Shown here: positions 25,769-35,905 of the stretch, one piece after another | How the letters are laid out: each line of letters opens with the position of its first letter | Numbering within the stretch: position 1 is the stretch's first letter | From: Deltaproteobacteria bacterium | GTDB taxonomy: Bacteria > Myxococcota_A > UBA9042 > DTJE01 | Direction of reading: 5' to 3' | DNA length: 46,426 nt | Assembly: GCA_016784945.1 (NCBI GenBank) | Contig: JADHTP010000001.1 | Span: forward strand, 1 to 46,426 | Program-made: the position numbers and the translations under genes | Notes under the pieces: model-generated | Seen by the model: only the letters and a program-made list of their open reading frames with translations | Database searches by the model: none | Told to the model about the DNA's origin: nothing

Positions 25769-25955
25769 AGGGGATGGATCCTGGAGTGCGCAAGCTTGCG
25801 CTTTCCGAGGCGGAGCAGCTCCGCCGGATCCACAGCGGCAGCAAGCAGCCGCACTCCAAAACACGACACGGCCCATCCGGGTAGATGACGTCCACGTTCA
25901 CGGAAGACGCCCCCCATGGTTGACATCTCCCACGCGACTGCGGGATACACAAGAT

Positions 25956-27818
25956 ATGGCAGGGGACGACACGCCGGGCACGGGCTTGCTGGAAAAGCTC
26001 TCGGGGGGCCTCGAACACGATCTTCTTCGGGACGCCTTGGTCCAACCCATGTCCCCGGTCGGTGCGCCCGACCCGGGTGACTACGCCACCGTGGCCTTTC
26101 ACCTCCTCCTGATGGGCGCCCTCGCGACGGCCCTCCTCCTGTGGCGGGATTCCGGACCCGCCTTGCGACACACCCGGTGGTTGGTGGCCGGGTTCGCGCT
26201 GGCCTTCCTGGCGACGGCCTGGACCGCCCTGGCTGGGCTCACCGATCCGTTCATCATCGACCAGATGGTGGTGTCCGTGGATGGAAATACGGGCAAGAAC
26301 CTCACCCTCCTTTATCATCTCTTCCATCCCGAACCGGTTCGGACCAGCCTCATTGCCGTGGTCCGGCACCTGTCCGGTGCCGACGGCCTTCCCCCCATGG
26401 TCACGGTGGCCCGCCTGTCGTTCCTGTGCTCCGTGGCATCGCTTCTGGGACTGGTCCTGGCCGGGATCCTGTGTCGCGCCGGCCTGGCGGTCACCGTGAT
26501 GGCGATCGGCGCCTGGGGACTCAGTTCCCTGTTCCTGGTCAACGCCTTCTCCGACAGTCCCCTGCCCTTCGTGGCGTTCTACGCCGCAGGCGTGCACCTG
26601 GCCGGGGCCGTGATGATGGATCGGCGGGCGCCCCTGTTGCCCCGGGCTGCGGCCCTGTTGCCGTTTATCGGCTTTCAGTTCCTGGTGGCCGACATGAGAC
26701 CGGAACTCCTGGTGGTCTGGATCCCGGCGGACGCCCTGCTCCTGGCCTCCTGGGTGAGCCGCCAGGGACCGACGGACCTGGTGGAGCGCCTGGCCGAAGG
26801 TCTGTTCGGCTTCGCGCGCCTGGTGGCCGGCCACTGGAAAAGGATGGCCCTGGTCCTGCCCGTTGTCGCCGTGGTCCTGATCGCACCGGCCCTGCTGGTG
26901 AAGGCGCCGTTCAGCCTGTACGACGAGCCCAGGACCGCCCAGTGCTTCCCGTTCTTCCTGTCCACCGTGCTGTGGGGCTACTTCGTCCCGACCCTGGCCA
27001 GGATGGCCTTCTGGGTGACTCCGGCGCTCTTCTTGTTCCTGGTGGCGGGACTCCTGTGGAGCCTGGTCAGACCCCGGGTCATGCTCGGGGCCGGACTGGG
27101 GGTGGCCGCCGTACTGTCCGCCCACTGGATGCTGGCACTGTCACACACAGAGTTCAACTTCATCCGGGTGGTGGGGCCGGTGGTCCCCGTACTGGTCCTC
27201 CTGGGACTGTCGGCCGCCGGGTCGTGGAACCGGAACCAGCGCCTGCTGGCGGCCGGATTGTGCGGCGCCGTCCTCCTGTCCTCCTACGGAATGCCCGACA
27301 CGCTCCACTGGGCCGGGGAGCCGTCCCGGGGACTGGAACACCCCCTGAGCGGCCAGGACAACGTGGGGGAGGCCCGTTTCGTATCCCGATACCTGTCTCA
27401 GAATCCGGGCGTGTGTCTCATCGCGCCGGTGCTGGTGGACGAATATTACGGCCGGGACGAGGTCCCGCGCCATCGGCAACTGGTGGACCTGCTGGTGCTC
27501 CGGAACGGGTCAGCGGTCCGTTTCGGCAAGGCGCTGGGCACGGCGGACCACCCACAACTCATGGAGGCCGTCAGGGCCGTGGCGTCTGGCTGTCGGGAAA
27601 GCCGGGTCTACCTGGGACTGGACTGTACCCTCCAGGGGGTGACGTATTGTGATGCCCTGCGTCCTCACCTGGCCTATCACCGGGGCGAAAACTTCCAGGG
27701 ACCTCAGTACAGCGCCCCCCGCTACGGCCGCCGGACCCTGCGCCGGGACATCGGCGCCTACTTCATCAACGATCCCTCCGTGGGACCGCCGTCGGTGGTG
27801 CCATCGGAGGACCGTTGA
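25956..27818 (+). CDS. Large polytopic membrane protein with a C-terminal soluble domain, function unknown
   Basis: ORF 25920..27818 with the first ATG at 25956 (620 aa from there). At least 10 hydrophobic segments are followed by a soluble tail of about 170 aa (GEPSRGLEHPLSGQDNVGEARFVSRYL...). The overlapping minus-strand 476-aa ORF has biased H/Q/G/R composition and is judged a shadow. Confidence 0.55.
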   Translation: MAGDDTPGTGLLEKLSGGLEHDLLRDALVQPMSPVGAPDPGDYATVAFHLLLMGALATALLLWRDSGPALRHTRWLVAGFALAFLATAWTALAGLTDPFIIDQMVVSVDGNTGKNLTLLYHLFHPEPVRTSLIAVVRHLSGADGLPPMVTVARLSFLCSVASLLGLVLAGILCRAGLAVTVMAIGAWGLSSLFLVNAFSDSPLPFVAFYAAGVHLAGAVMMDRRAPLLPRAAALLPFIGFQFLVADMRPELLVVWIPADALLLASWVSRQGPTDLVERLAEGLFGFARLVAGHWKRMALVLPVVAVVLIAPALLVKAPFSLYDEPRTAQCFPFFLSTVLWGYFVPTLARMAFWVTPALFLFLVAGLLWSLVRPRVMLGAGLGVAAVLSAHWMLALSHTEFNFIRVVGPVVPVLVLLGLSAAGSWNRNQRLLAAGLCGAVLLSSYGMPDTLHWAGEPSRGLEHPLSGQDNVGEARFVSRYLSQNPGVCLIAPVLVDEYYGRDEVPRHRQLVDLLVLRNGSAVRFGKALGTADHPQLMEAVRAVASGCRESRVYLGLDCTLQGVTYCDALRPHLAYHRGENFQGPQYSAPRYGRRTLRRDIGAYFINDPSVGPPSVVPSEDR

Positions 27819-27861
27819 TCGTGTAGAAGGCGACGGGGCGTGGAGCGTCTACCGTCTACCG
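27813..27861 (+). repeat. Heptanucleotide repeat locus (2 + 2 units)
   Basis: CGTTGAT CGTGTAG (27813-27826), then a 19-nt gap, then CGTCTAC CGTCTAC (27846-27859). It lies between convergent stops at 27818 and 27870. It shares the 12-mer GCGTCTACCGTC with the loci at 8300 and 25726. Confidence 0.7.
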
Positions 27862-27869
27862 AAAGTGAA

Positions 27870-30449
27870 TCACTCCGCGCTCTTCTTGCCGACCCGGTGT
27901 TCGGGGTGGTCATAGAGCCGGACGAAGTCGGCGGGCACGAATTCGGTGTCGTAGGCCCTGGACAGGATCTCGTGGGGTCGCCCCTCTGGTCGGCCCTGAT
28001 CGGGCCAGCCCAGGACGCAGGAGGTCCCCTGTTCCGGCGCTCCCAGAAGGGTCAGGGCCACTTCTTCCTCTTCGGGCAGAAGGTCCAGGGTCAGGGGGGC
28101 TTCCAGGAGGCCCCGCGCAACCTCCAGATCCACCGGGCAGATGAATGCAAGTCGGGTGGGGCCCGGTTTCGGGCGCCGCACGGGCACCTGGCGGGCCTCC
28201 ATGAAGGTCATCCCTTCCACGCTCGCTCGGTTGATGGCCTCGAGGTCCGGGGGGTTGTCATCCCGGGTGAGGAGGACCGCCGTGATCCACTCGCCGGCGC
28301 CCCGGTATCCCACGGGCAGGGGCGGGCGGTAGGTGATCCGGGGCTGCGGGTGATATCCGCCGGACAGGGCCGACTTCAGCCCAGCACGCCGCAGGATGCG
28401 CGGTATATGCTTGACCAGGTCCTTCTGGGACAGCCAGGCCGAGCGGCCGTTCCGAGTGAACACGAAGTGCCAGAAAGTTACGTCATCGGCCGGCGCATCC
28501 ATGGTCGGTGCAACGGTGCCGATGTCGCCTTCCACCAGGGACGCCGCGTCCCTCACCGTGGCTGCGCGTTCGACGGCCAGGGCCTTGGCGTCGCAGGGGG
28601 TGCCGCACTGATAGCAGAGGACCTTTTTCGCCGACTCGAAATCCGCGGCCTCGGGCCGGCGTCCCGGCGTGGACGGCTTCTCGCAGGGGGCGAGAGGCTT
28701 GCCCTTGAAGGCCCGCTCCCTTTCCGCCAGCAGAAACTCGCGGGTCACCAGGGGATCCACCACTTCCCAGGGCAGGGGGGCTCCCGTGGGGAGAGGACCG
28801 AGGAAGGCCTCCCGGTCCACGCCCGCCTCCTCGAAGGCCTCGTCCCACCAGTCGTAGCGGACGATCTCGTCCCAGTTGTCGAACCGGCACCCCTTGAGGA
28901 AGGCCCGCCGTATCACGTCACCCACGCGTCGGTCCCCCCGGGCCATGACACACTCTAGCCGGGACATGGGTCCGCTGGAAAACTTGAGGTGCACGCCCTT
29001 GCCCAGGGCCTCGCGCAACAGGGTACGACGGTCATCGATCACCCGGATCGAAGCCATGCCCTCCCATTGGAAGGGGGTGTGGGGGCGGGGCACGAAGAGG
29101 CCCACGGCGGCTGTAACCCTGGCCCGCGGGGTGATCTGCCGTCCCGTCTTCAGCACCTCGCGGCATAGACGGGCCACGGCCATCACGTCGTCTTCCGTCT
29201 CCGTGGGCAGACCGATCATGAAGTAGAGCTTGATTCGCTGCCAACCCGACCCGAAGGCCCGCCGGGCCGCCTCCACCAGGTCTTCGTCCCTCACGTTCTT
29301 GTTGATCACGTCCCGCAGGCGCTGTGACCCGGCCTCCGGTGCAAGGGTCAGCCCCGTAGCCCGGACCGCCCGCAGGTCTTCCAACACCTGATCGGACAGC
29401 CCGTAGGCCCGCAGGGAGGACACCGTCAGTGTCACGCCCGTGGGGGACAGGGCGCTCGAAAGGGCATGCACCAGGGGTTCGAGGCCCGGGTGATCCGAGG
29501 GCGACAGGGACCCAAGGGACACCTCCTCGTATCCCTGGGCCTTCACGTTTTCCAGCGTGGTGTGAAGCACATTGGACGGCGAACGGTCCCTCAGGGGCCG
29601 GTAGGTGTATCCCGCTTCGCAGAACCGACACCCCTCGGAGCACCCGCGGGATATCTCCACGGAAGTGCGGTCGAACACGGCCCGGTTCCAGGGCACCACG
29701 GTTCCCAGCGGCTGGGGAAAGCGGTCCAGGTCGTCGATGAAAAGCCGGGTCACGCGTTCCGGGGCCCCCGACTTTGGGCTCGCCTGCAGCCAGCCCGTCC
29801 CGGAGTCGGGCCTGGCGTCGTACAGGGAAGGGCAATAGATGCCCGGCCGACGAGCCAGCGCTTCCAGTCGTTCGGACCGGGAAGCGCCTTCCCGCCGCAT
29901 CCGGCCCGCCAGCCTCAGCACGTCGGGCAGGTCGTCTTCGGCCTCGCCCACCAGGAAGGCATCGAAGAAGTCCGCCATGGGCTCGGGCCGCAGGGCACAG
30001 GGTCCTCCACCCAGAATGACGGGGCCGCTTTCATCCCGGTCCGCCGTGGTCAGGGCGATCCCGGACAGGTCCAGCACGTTGAGCACGTTCGTGTAGGACA
30101 ATTCGTGCTGCAGGGAGAAGCCCACCACGTCGAACTCGGCCAGGGGCAGGTGGTTCTCCAGCGAGACCAGGGGCAATCCCCGTTCCCTCAACTCGGCCTC
30201 CATGTCCGCCCAGGGGGCATAGCACCGCTCCAGTCGAAGGTCCGGCTCCCGGTTCACCAGGTCGTAGAGGATCTGGGAACCGGTGTGGGACATACCCACT
30301 TCATAGACGTCGGGGAACACCAGAACCATGGAGGACCGGTCCCCGACGGGCGCCTTGACCAGGGTGCCGAACTCGCCGCCTGCGTAGCGGGAAGGCGAAC
30401 GGACCCGGTGTAGAAAACCGGCCCAGGGATGTGATGGATTCACCTTCAT
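27870..30449 (-). CDS. Radical SAM protein fused to a radical-SAM-associated C-terminal domain (TIGR03960-like + DUF2344-like)
   Basis: 859 aa. The CxxxCxxC cluster is EISRGCSEGCRFCEAGYTYRP, in a B12-binding-like/radical SAM N-terminal half. The long C-terminal extension resembles the partner protein usually encoded next to this family. The 4-nt overlap with the upstream RNase gene suggests an operon. Confidence 0.7.
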   Translation of the reverse strand: MKVNPSHPWAGFLHRVRSPSRYAGGEFGTLVKAPVGDRSSMVLVFPDVYEVGMSHTGSQILYDLVNREPDLRLERCYAPWADMEAELRERGLPLVSLENHLPLAEFDVVGFSLQHELSYTNVLNVLDLSGIALTTADRDESGPVILGGGPCALRPEPMADFFDAFLVGEAEDDLPDVLRLAGRMRREGASRSERLEALARRPGIYCPSLYDARPDSGTGWLQASPKSGAPERVTRLFIDDLDRFPQPLGTVVPWNRAVFDRTSVEISRGCSEGCRFCEAGYTYRPLRDRSPSNVLHTTLENVKAQGYEEVSLGSLSPSDHPGLEPLVHALSSALSPTGVTLTVSSLRAYGLSDQVLEDLRAVRATGLTLAPEAGSQRLRDVINKNVRDEDLVEAARRAFGSGWQRIKLYFMIGLPTETEDDVMAVARLCREVLKTGRQITPRARVTAAVGLFVPRPHTPFQWEGMASIRVIDDRRTLLREALGKGVHLKFSSGPMSRLECVMARGDRRVGDVIRRAFLKGCRFDNWDEIVRYDWWDEAFEEAGVDREAFLGPLPTGAPLPWEVVDPLVTREFLLAERERAFKGKPLAPCEKPSTPGRRPEAADFESAKKVLCYQCGTPCDAKALAVERAATVRDAASLVEGDIGTVAPTMDAPADDVTFWHFVFTRNGRSAWLSQKDLVKHIPRILRRAGLKSALSGGYHPQPRITYRPPLPVGYRGAGEWITAVLLTRDDNPPDLEAINRASVEGMTFMEARQVPVRRPKPGPTRLAFICPVDLEVARGLLEAPLTLDLLPEEEEVALTLLGAPEQGTSCVLGWPDQGRPEGRPHEILSRAYDTEFVPADFVRLYDHPEHRVGKKSAE

Positions 30450-32491
30450 GCCAGCTGCACGGACACCCGATCCCTTCGAGGGTCCGCCTCCAGGATCCTG
30501 AGCATCACCTTGGCGCCCGGATTCAATCTTCCGCCGCCGGGTATGTGCACCTCCAGCCCGGTCACGTCCAGTGCCACCACGGCCCGCGATCCCTGGGTGG
30601 CCAGCACCTCGCCGATCTCCACGGCGCCTTCCGATGCCTTGAGAGACTTGAGCTGGAAGTAGCGCCTTGCCTCCCTCTCGGTCCGGCTGACGGCCTCCCC
30701 TCGGGTCTCGAGATCACCGAAGATCCGCAGGATCCGTTCCGTGTCCATGGGGGCCTTGCCGTCTTTGAGGAAGCCTTTCAACTGGACCTGCACCGCGAAG
30801 TCCTGAAACCGTCTCAGCGGGGAGGTGACCTGGGTGTAGCCCACCACGCCCATACCGTAGTGGAAGTCGGGCTGGGTGGTGATCTCGGCCCGGTGCAGCG
30901 ACCTCACCATCCGGTAGAAGTAGGGTCGCGTTCCCGGCTTGAGTTCCGAGGCGGCGTCCGGATCATCGGGCGGATTCTGGCGGCGATAAACGGCCGGGAT
31001 CCCGTTCTGCCGCGCGAACCGGCCCACCTGGGTGCAGGCCAGCACCATGAACTCCGCCACCATGCGCCTCGACGGAGAGGCCCAGGGCAGGCGGCGGATC
31101 ACGATCTCGCCCTCTTCCACCCTGACCGAAATGTCGTCCTTGGCCAGGATCAGAGCCCCGGCTTCCTCGCGCCGGCGCCGCAGCAGGACGGCCAGGTCGT
31201 TCAGAATCTTCAGGGCGTTGGTCGTGGGGTCCGGCGAACCGGCCTCGACCCCGATGAGGCCGTCCGACTCTTCGTAGGAAAGTTGCCGCTGAACCCGGGC
31301 CAGGACCGGCTCGAACCTGAAGGCCGACACCGTCCCGCCGATGGTGAGGTCGCAGGCAAAGTCCAGCATGGGCCTGAGTGCGCCCTCGTTGAGCGAAAAC
31401 GCATCTTCTGAAAGCACCGGGGGAAACATGTGCACCTTGCCGTTGGGCAAGTACAGGGTGGCCGCCCGGGCCATGCCCTCCACGGCGGTGAGGGAGTCGA
31501 GATTCATTCCGGCGGAGGGGTCCGCGATGAGCACGTGCACCCGGTATCCCGATTCCAGGTCCTCCACCATGAGGGCGTCATCGACCTCGGTGGTCCATGG
31601 ATCGTCCACGGCCACCGGGCCGCAGTGGCCTTCGGTGGGCTCCAGGGTGCGGCGCAGACCCAGTTCACCGTCGGTCAGGGACATCCCGGCGAGGATGGCT
31701 GCCTCGGCTTCCACCTCCGCCGGAAAACGGAAACGGATATGATTGCGGTGCAGGGCCAGGATCTCGTCTTCCTCGTAGACCCCCAGGCGGGTCAGGAGAT
31801 ACACGGCCTGGTTGCCCGGATCGGACATCTTTCCACCCAGGACCTTCTCCAGGACACGGACTCCCCTGGCCCCGTTCCGGGTGTCCGGACCGTCCACCGC
31901 CAGATCCTGAAGCCAGGTCGAACCCAGGGCGCGATCCGGGTGGGACAGGTCCACGGCCGGCCCATCCCCCAGTGCGGACTCCAGGCTTTGGGCCACCCTT
32001 TCCAGCAGGGCGGTCTCCTGCTCCTCGCGCTCCAGGCGTTTGAGCGCCGAGTCCACGGCCTCGCGGGAGTACGGGGTGAAGCTGCGGCCCCGACCTTCCT
32101 TGAAATAGGTCCCGTCCTCTGCGAGGACGCACGCCACGGCGGAACGGTGCTCGGGACCGGCCTCGGGGAACAGGATCTCTGCCAGATCCTCTACCTGGTG
32201 GGAGCCACCCTCCCCGGACAGCAGGTCCCACAGGGCGGACAGGTCCACCTCTTCCATGGATTCGGATACCCGGTCGTGGAAGGCGCCCATGGCATCCACG
32301 GCGGCATCGGCGGCGTGCAGGGGGGCCCTGGCTTCGGATAACCAGAATATCCGGTCTTCGAGCCAGGTCTCTCGACCTCCCGACTCCACCAGCACACGGA
32401 CGCGATCACCGGACCACTCCACCACCACTCCCGGGGTCACTCCCCGGCTGGTGAGCGCGTAGGCGATCTTTCCCACTTCGTTGGACGCCAT
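30446..32491 (-). CDS. rnr: RNase II/R family 3'-5' exoribonuclease
   Basis: 681 aa. RNB domain motifs are VAVDDPWTTEVDDALMVE, HVLIADPSA and YTQVTSPLRRFQDFAVQ. The C-terminal segment is S1-like. Confidence 0.85.
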   Translation of the reverse strand: MASNEVGKIAYALTSRGVTPGVVVEWSGDRVRVLVESGGRETWLEDRIFWLSEARAPLHAADAAVDAMGAFHDRVSESMEEVDLSALWDLLSGEGGSHQVEDLAEILFPEAGPEHRSAVACVLAEDGTYFKEGRGRSFTPYSREAVDSALKRLEREEQETALLERVAQSLESALGDGPAVDLSHPDRALGSTWLQDLAVDGPDTRNGARGVRVLEKVLGGKMSDPGNQAVYLLTRLGVYEEDEILALHRNHIRFRFPAEVEAEAAILAGMSLTDGELGLRRTLEPTEGHCGPVAVDDPWTTEVDDALMVEDLESGYRVHVLIADPSAGMNLDSLTAVEGMARAATLYLPNGKVHMFPPVLSEDAFSLNEGALRPMLDFACDLTIGGTVSAFRFEPVLARVQRQLSYEESDGLIGVEAGSPDPTTNALKILNDLAVLLRRRREEAGALILAKDDISVRVEEGEIVIRRLPWASPSRRMVAEFMVLACTQVGRFARQNGIPAVYRRQNPPDDPDAASELKPGTRPYFYRMVRSLHRAEITTQPDFHYGMGVVGYTQVTSPLRRFQDFAVQVQLKGFLKDGKAPMDTERILRIFGDLETRGEAVSRTEREARRYFQLKSLKASEGAVEIGEVLATQGSRAVVALDVTGLEVHIPGGGRLNPGAKVMLRILEADPRRDRVSVQLA

Positions 32492-32494
32492 GAA

Positions 32495-33451
32495 TCAATT
32501 GCCCCGCGCAGTGGCCGCGAGCCCGCGGTGCCGCCAGTACATGAAGGCGCCATAGGCAAACAGGGGGATACCGATGAGCTGGGAGGTGGAAAGACCCAGG
32601 AGGTCCCCGCGAGGGTCAGCGCGCCAGAATTCGATGACGAACCGCAGGACCGCGTACTGCATGAGGAACGTGAAGAACAGCTGGCCATCGAACCGGGCCC
32701 GGGTCCGGCGCCAGAAGTACAGGTAGAGGAAGATTGCCATACACCCGATGGCCTCCCAGAGCTGGGTGGGATACACCGGCAGCGACTCTGTGGCCGCCCG
32801 ATTGATGAGGCCTTCGGTCAGGTGATGGTCCCAGACCGGGCTTCCGCGGGGAAAGGACAGGCCGCCGTGGGCGGGCGTGGGACAGACTTGCCCCCAGCAG
32901 CAACCGGACAGGAAGCAGCCCATGCGGCCGAAGACCAGGCCGAGAGGTATGGCGTAGCCGGCCAGGTCGCCCACCTTCCAGACGGGCATTCCGAAGCGCC
33001 TGACGAACCAGATGCCCAACGGGATGGCCAGGGCCAGACCACCGTAGTAGACGAGCCCTCCGTACCAGAACTTGAAGGCCCGAAAACAGTCCTTTGCGTG
33101 GCACGTGCCCTTTTCCGGGTGGCAGAGGTCCCCCTTTTCCGCCTCCACGCAGTCCCCGTCGTCCTTGCACCTGACGCCCCCGGGCAGGGCTTCACCCTTG
33201 ACCAGCAGGGGCGCCACGCACAGGTTCTTGTAGTCCTCCCAGTACCCGTCGGCGGCCACGTGCAGCACCCGCGCGCCCACGATGCCCGCGATGATCATCA
33301 CCAATCCCAGGTCCAGGAAGCGGTTCCCGTCCACGCCTCCCCGTCTCAGCACGTCCCGGTGGGCCAGCAACACCACGAAGGTGTATCCCACCATGAGGAA
33401 AGTGAAATAGGCGGGGAACTCGATGAAGCCCAGGTCGAAGGTGGGGAACAA
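32495..33451 (-). CDS. lgt: Prolipoprotein diacylglyceryl transferase with Cys-rich periplasmic insertions
   Basis: Lgt motifs are present: GARVLHV, FWYGGLVYYGG, GRMGCFLSGCCWG (aligning with GRxGNFxNxELxG), YPTQLWEA and SQLIGIPL. The start is uncertain. The track ORF runs to 33571, but the TTG at 33451, 6 nt after GGAGA, gives a typical N-terminus (M)FPTFDLGFIEFPAYF and 318 aa. Confidence 0.8.
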   Translation of the reverse strand: MFPTFDLGFIEFPAYFTFLMVGYTFVVLLAHRDVLRRGGVDGNRFLDLGLVMIIAGIVGARVLHVAADGYWEDYKNLCVAPLLVKGEALPGGVRCKDDGDCVEAEKGDLCHPEKGTCHAKDCFRAFKFWYGGLVYYGGLALAIPLGIWFVRRFGMPVWKVGDLAGYAIPLGLVFGRMGCFLSGCCWGQVCPTPAHGGLSFPRGSPVWDHHLTEGLINRAATESLPVYPTQLWEAIGCMAIFLYLYFWRRTRARFDGQLFFTFLMQYAVLRFVIEFWRADPRGDLLGLSTSQLIGIPLFAYGAFMYWRHRGLAATARGN

Positions 33452-33552
33452 GGGGTTTCTCCAGCAGGTCCGCCGGGGATTGTACCACCGGGGGGAATGG
33501 GTGCGCCTCAATAGGCGTTGCGGATGAGGATTGGATGAATCGAGGTTGAAGG

Positions 33553-33582
33553 ATGAACGACAAACGTCCAACGACGATGGGT
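33553..33582 (-). repeat. Weaker heptanucleotide repeat locus
   Basis: The minus strand reads CCATCGT CGTTGGA CGTTTGT CGTTCAT. It lies in the lgt upstream region, divergent from tolQ. It is more degenerate than the other loci. Confidence 0.4.
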
Positions 33583-33720
33583 GCCCGAACCAGGACAGGA
33601 CGCCGTTTGACGATGGACCTTTGACGTTAAACCGGGTAAATCCAACGACCGACGCTGTCTTATTGGTCCCAGAGCCCCTGTGATATCATCATCGGGCCCT
33701 TCGGTCTGGTGGAGGAAGAT

Positions 33721-34425
33721 ATGCCCCCGGGACCTGAAACCATCTATGGAATCAACGTGTTCGAACAGGTGATCCAGTCCCGGGGAATGGTCCTCGCGGT
33801 GCTGGTCCTTCTCATCGGACTGTCCGTGTTCTCGTGGTTTGTCATCGGCTACAAATGGCTGCTCTTCCGCCGGATCAGGAAGGATACCGAGCGGTTCTTC
33901 GACATCTTCTGGCGCTCCGAGACCCTGGATGCCGTGGAGAGCGCCAGTGAAGGCCTGCCCCGGTGCCCGACAGCCCGCCTCTTCCACGCCGCCTATACCG
34001 AGTTGAACCGGTTCAAGGGCACGGGCAAGGAGGACAGCGACGGGAGCACGCACCTGGGCGGCGGGTTCGAGAACATCGAGCGGGCCCTGAGGCGGGCGGT
34101 TCAGGACGAGATATCCCACCTCGAGCACCTGGTCGGATTCCTGGCGACCACGGGCTCGGCCGCCCCCTTCATCGGGCTCTTCGGCACGGTCTGGGGCATC
34201 ATGAACGCCTTCGCCTACATCCACCCCGATCGGCCCATCCTGGAGACGGTGACACCCCACATCGCGCAGGCCCTGGTGGCCACGGCCATCGGGCTGCTGG
34301 CGGCCATTCCCGCCGTGATGGCGTACAACTATTTCACCGGGCGGATCAGGAACTTCACCGTGGAGATGGACAACTTCTCCATCGATTTCCTGAATATCCT
34401 CAAGCGACACTTCTTCAAGGACTGA
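33721..34425 (+). CDS. tolQ: MotA/TolQ/ExbB-family proton channel, TolQ by context
   Basis: ATG at 33721 directly after GGAGGAAG (the track ORF starts at GTG 33709). Three TM segments are present. Characteristic segments are LATTGSAAPFIGLFGTVWGIMNAF and ALVATAIGLLAAIPAVMAYNYF. Confidence 0.85.
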   Translation: MPPGPETIYGINVFEQVIQSRGMVLAVLVLLIGLSVFSWFVIGYKWLLFRRIRKDTERFFDIFWRSETLDAVESASEGLPRCPTARLFHAAYTELNRFKGTGKEDSDGSTHLGGGFENIERALRRAVQDEISHLEHLVGFLATTGSAAPFIGLFGTVWGIMNAFAYIHPDRPILETVTPHIAQALVATAIGLLAAIPAVMAYNYFTGRIRNFTVEMDNFSIDFLNILKRHFFKD

Positions 34426-34427
34426 GC

Positions 34428-35012
34428 ATGCAGGGGCCCGGAAACAGAGGCGCCATGCTGTCCGAGATCAACGTGACGCCCCTGGTGGACGTCATGCTGG
34501 TCCTGTTGATCATCTTCATGATCTCGTCTTCCATCGAAACACTGCAGGTGCAGCAGGAAAAACAGCGAATCGAGAAGGAATTCGAAATCGACGACATGCC
34601 GGATCAGAAGGTGCCGGTCAACCTTCCCAAGACCAATGCCGAGCCGGTGAACCTGGCCGAGGACAGGAAACTGGTGATGACCATCAACGAGCGGGCCGAG
34701 TTCTTCATCGGGCCCACGAAGATCCTCTCGTGCCTGGACCTGGCGCCCCGTCTGGACAAGGTACTGGGGACACGCCGCTCGGCCTGGGGACCCAACGAGG
34801 ACAAGGCCTTCAAGCTCTGCCTCGATGCCCTGGAAGCCAAACTGTCGAAGAACGCCAAGCTCAAGGCCGACAAGGAGATGTATCTGAGGGCCGACGAAGG
34901 CATTCCCTATGGCATGGTCCTCAAGGTGATGGCCCGGATCCGGGCGTCGGGCGTGGCCAAGTTCGGGCTGGTGGCGGAGCCCGAAGAGGCCCCGAAAGGG
35001 GCGGCGCAGTGA
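34428..35012 (+). CDS. tolR: ExbD/TolR-family protein
   Basis: ATG at 34428, 2 nt after the tolQ stop. MQGPGNRGAMLSEINVTPLVDVMLVLLIIFMI is the canonical ExbD/TolR N-terminus. At 194 aa it is longer than typical. Confidence 0.85.
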   Translation: MQGPGNRGAMLSEINVTPLVDVMLVLLIIFMISSSIETLQVQQEKQRIEKEFEIDDMPDQKVPVNLPKTNAEPVNLAEDRKLVMTINERAEFFIGPTKILSCLDLAPRLDKVLGTRRSAWGPNEDKAFKLCLDALEAKLSKNAKLKADKEMYLRADEGIPYGMVLKVMARIRASGVAKFGLVAEPEEAPKGAAQ

Positions 35013-35905
35013 CCGATGCTCTTCTACAGACCCCCGGCAGGGACTTGGGCGGCGGTTGGGCGCTGTGGTTCGGCGGGACCGTGACCCTGGGCGTTCACGG
35101 GATCATCGTCACGGTGCTGGCCACGGCCACGGGCGCGGCGGACCTGGATGCCGTGACCTTTCCAGTGAGCCGCCGCCTGTGCGACGACATCCGCTGCGCC
35201 GAAAAGGCCCGCACGGACCGTCGACGGGGCCTGGACGAGGAAGCGGTGGACGTGGGAATCATCGAAGCCACGGTGATCCCCCGACTCGGTCTGGCGGAAC
35301 CCAAGGCTCGCAAGCTCCCCAAGCTGATCAAGTACGAACAGCCTGAAAAGATCGAGGAGGCCGTCAACGTCATCAGGGACAATCCCATCGTCAAGAAAAT
35401 CAAGCACAAGGACGTGAAGCCCAAGAAGGCGGAACTGGACCGCCGGCGCAAGAAGAAGTCCCTGGTGGCCATCCTGGGCTCGCCCGAAGACGACGACCCG
35501 CGCAAGCGAGCCACCTCCCTGGACCGAATCATCGGGTCAAAGTCAGGGATCGTCACCGGGGTGGGAACGGACAAGATCGAAGGCAACGTCTATGCCGGCA
35601 AGGTGGCGGGCGCCATCCACCAGCGGTTCACCGTGCCCCCGTTCCTGGGCGAGTCCGAATTGAAGAAACTTCGCATGAGGATCCGCATCACGCGGATGAA
35701 CGAGGGCGGACAGATCGTCAAATACAAGGTCATGAGGAAGTCCCGCACCCGGGCGTTCGACGAGGCGGCCATAAGGGCCATTCGTCAGTTCATGCCCAGT
35801 GAAGGCGGGGTGGCGCACCTGCCGGCCCCCGATGCCAGGACCCTCAAGTACATCAACGCCCGGGGCATGGTGGTGGACCTGGACGGGGCCCTGTTCCGGA
35901 AGTGA
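35009..35905 (+). CDS. TolA/TonB-like energy-transducer protein
   Basis: The GTG at 35009 overlaps the tolR stop (GTGA). There is an N-terminal TM segment WALWFGGTVTLGVHGIIVTVLATA and a charged Lys/Glu/Pro-rich linker. The C-terminal domain YAGKVAGAIHQRFTVPPFL...IRITRMNEGGQIVKYKVMRKSRTRAFDEAAIRAI resembles the TonB_C/TolA fold. Confidence 0.7.
   Translation: MTDALLQTPGRDLGGGWALWFGGTVTLGVHGIIVTVLATATGAADLDAVTFPVSRRLCDDIRCAEKARTDRRRGLDEEAVDVGIIEATVIPRLGLAEPKARKLPKLIKYEQPEKIEEAVNVIRDNPIVKKIKHKDVKPKKAELDRRRKKKSLVAILGSPEDDDPRKRATSLDRIIGSKSGIVTGVGTDKIEGNVYAGKVAGAIHQRFTVPPFLGESELKKLRMRIRITRMNEGGQIVKYKVMRKSRTRAFDEAAIRAIRQFMPSEGGVAHLPAPDARTLKYINARGMVVDLDGALFRK

Noticed and set aside
25695-27125. 476-aa minus-strand ORF opposite the large membrane protein gene
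   Set aside because: The H/Q/G/E/R-rich low-complexity translation contrasts with the plus-strand frame, which gives coherent transmembrane helices.
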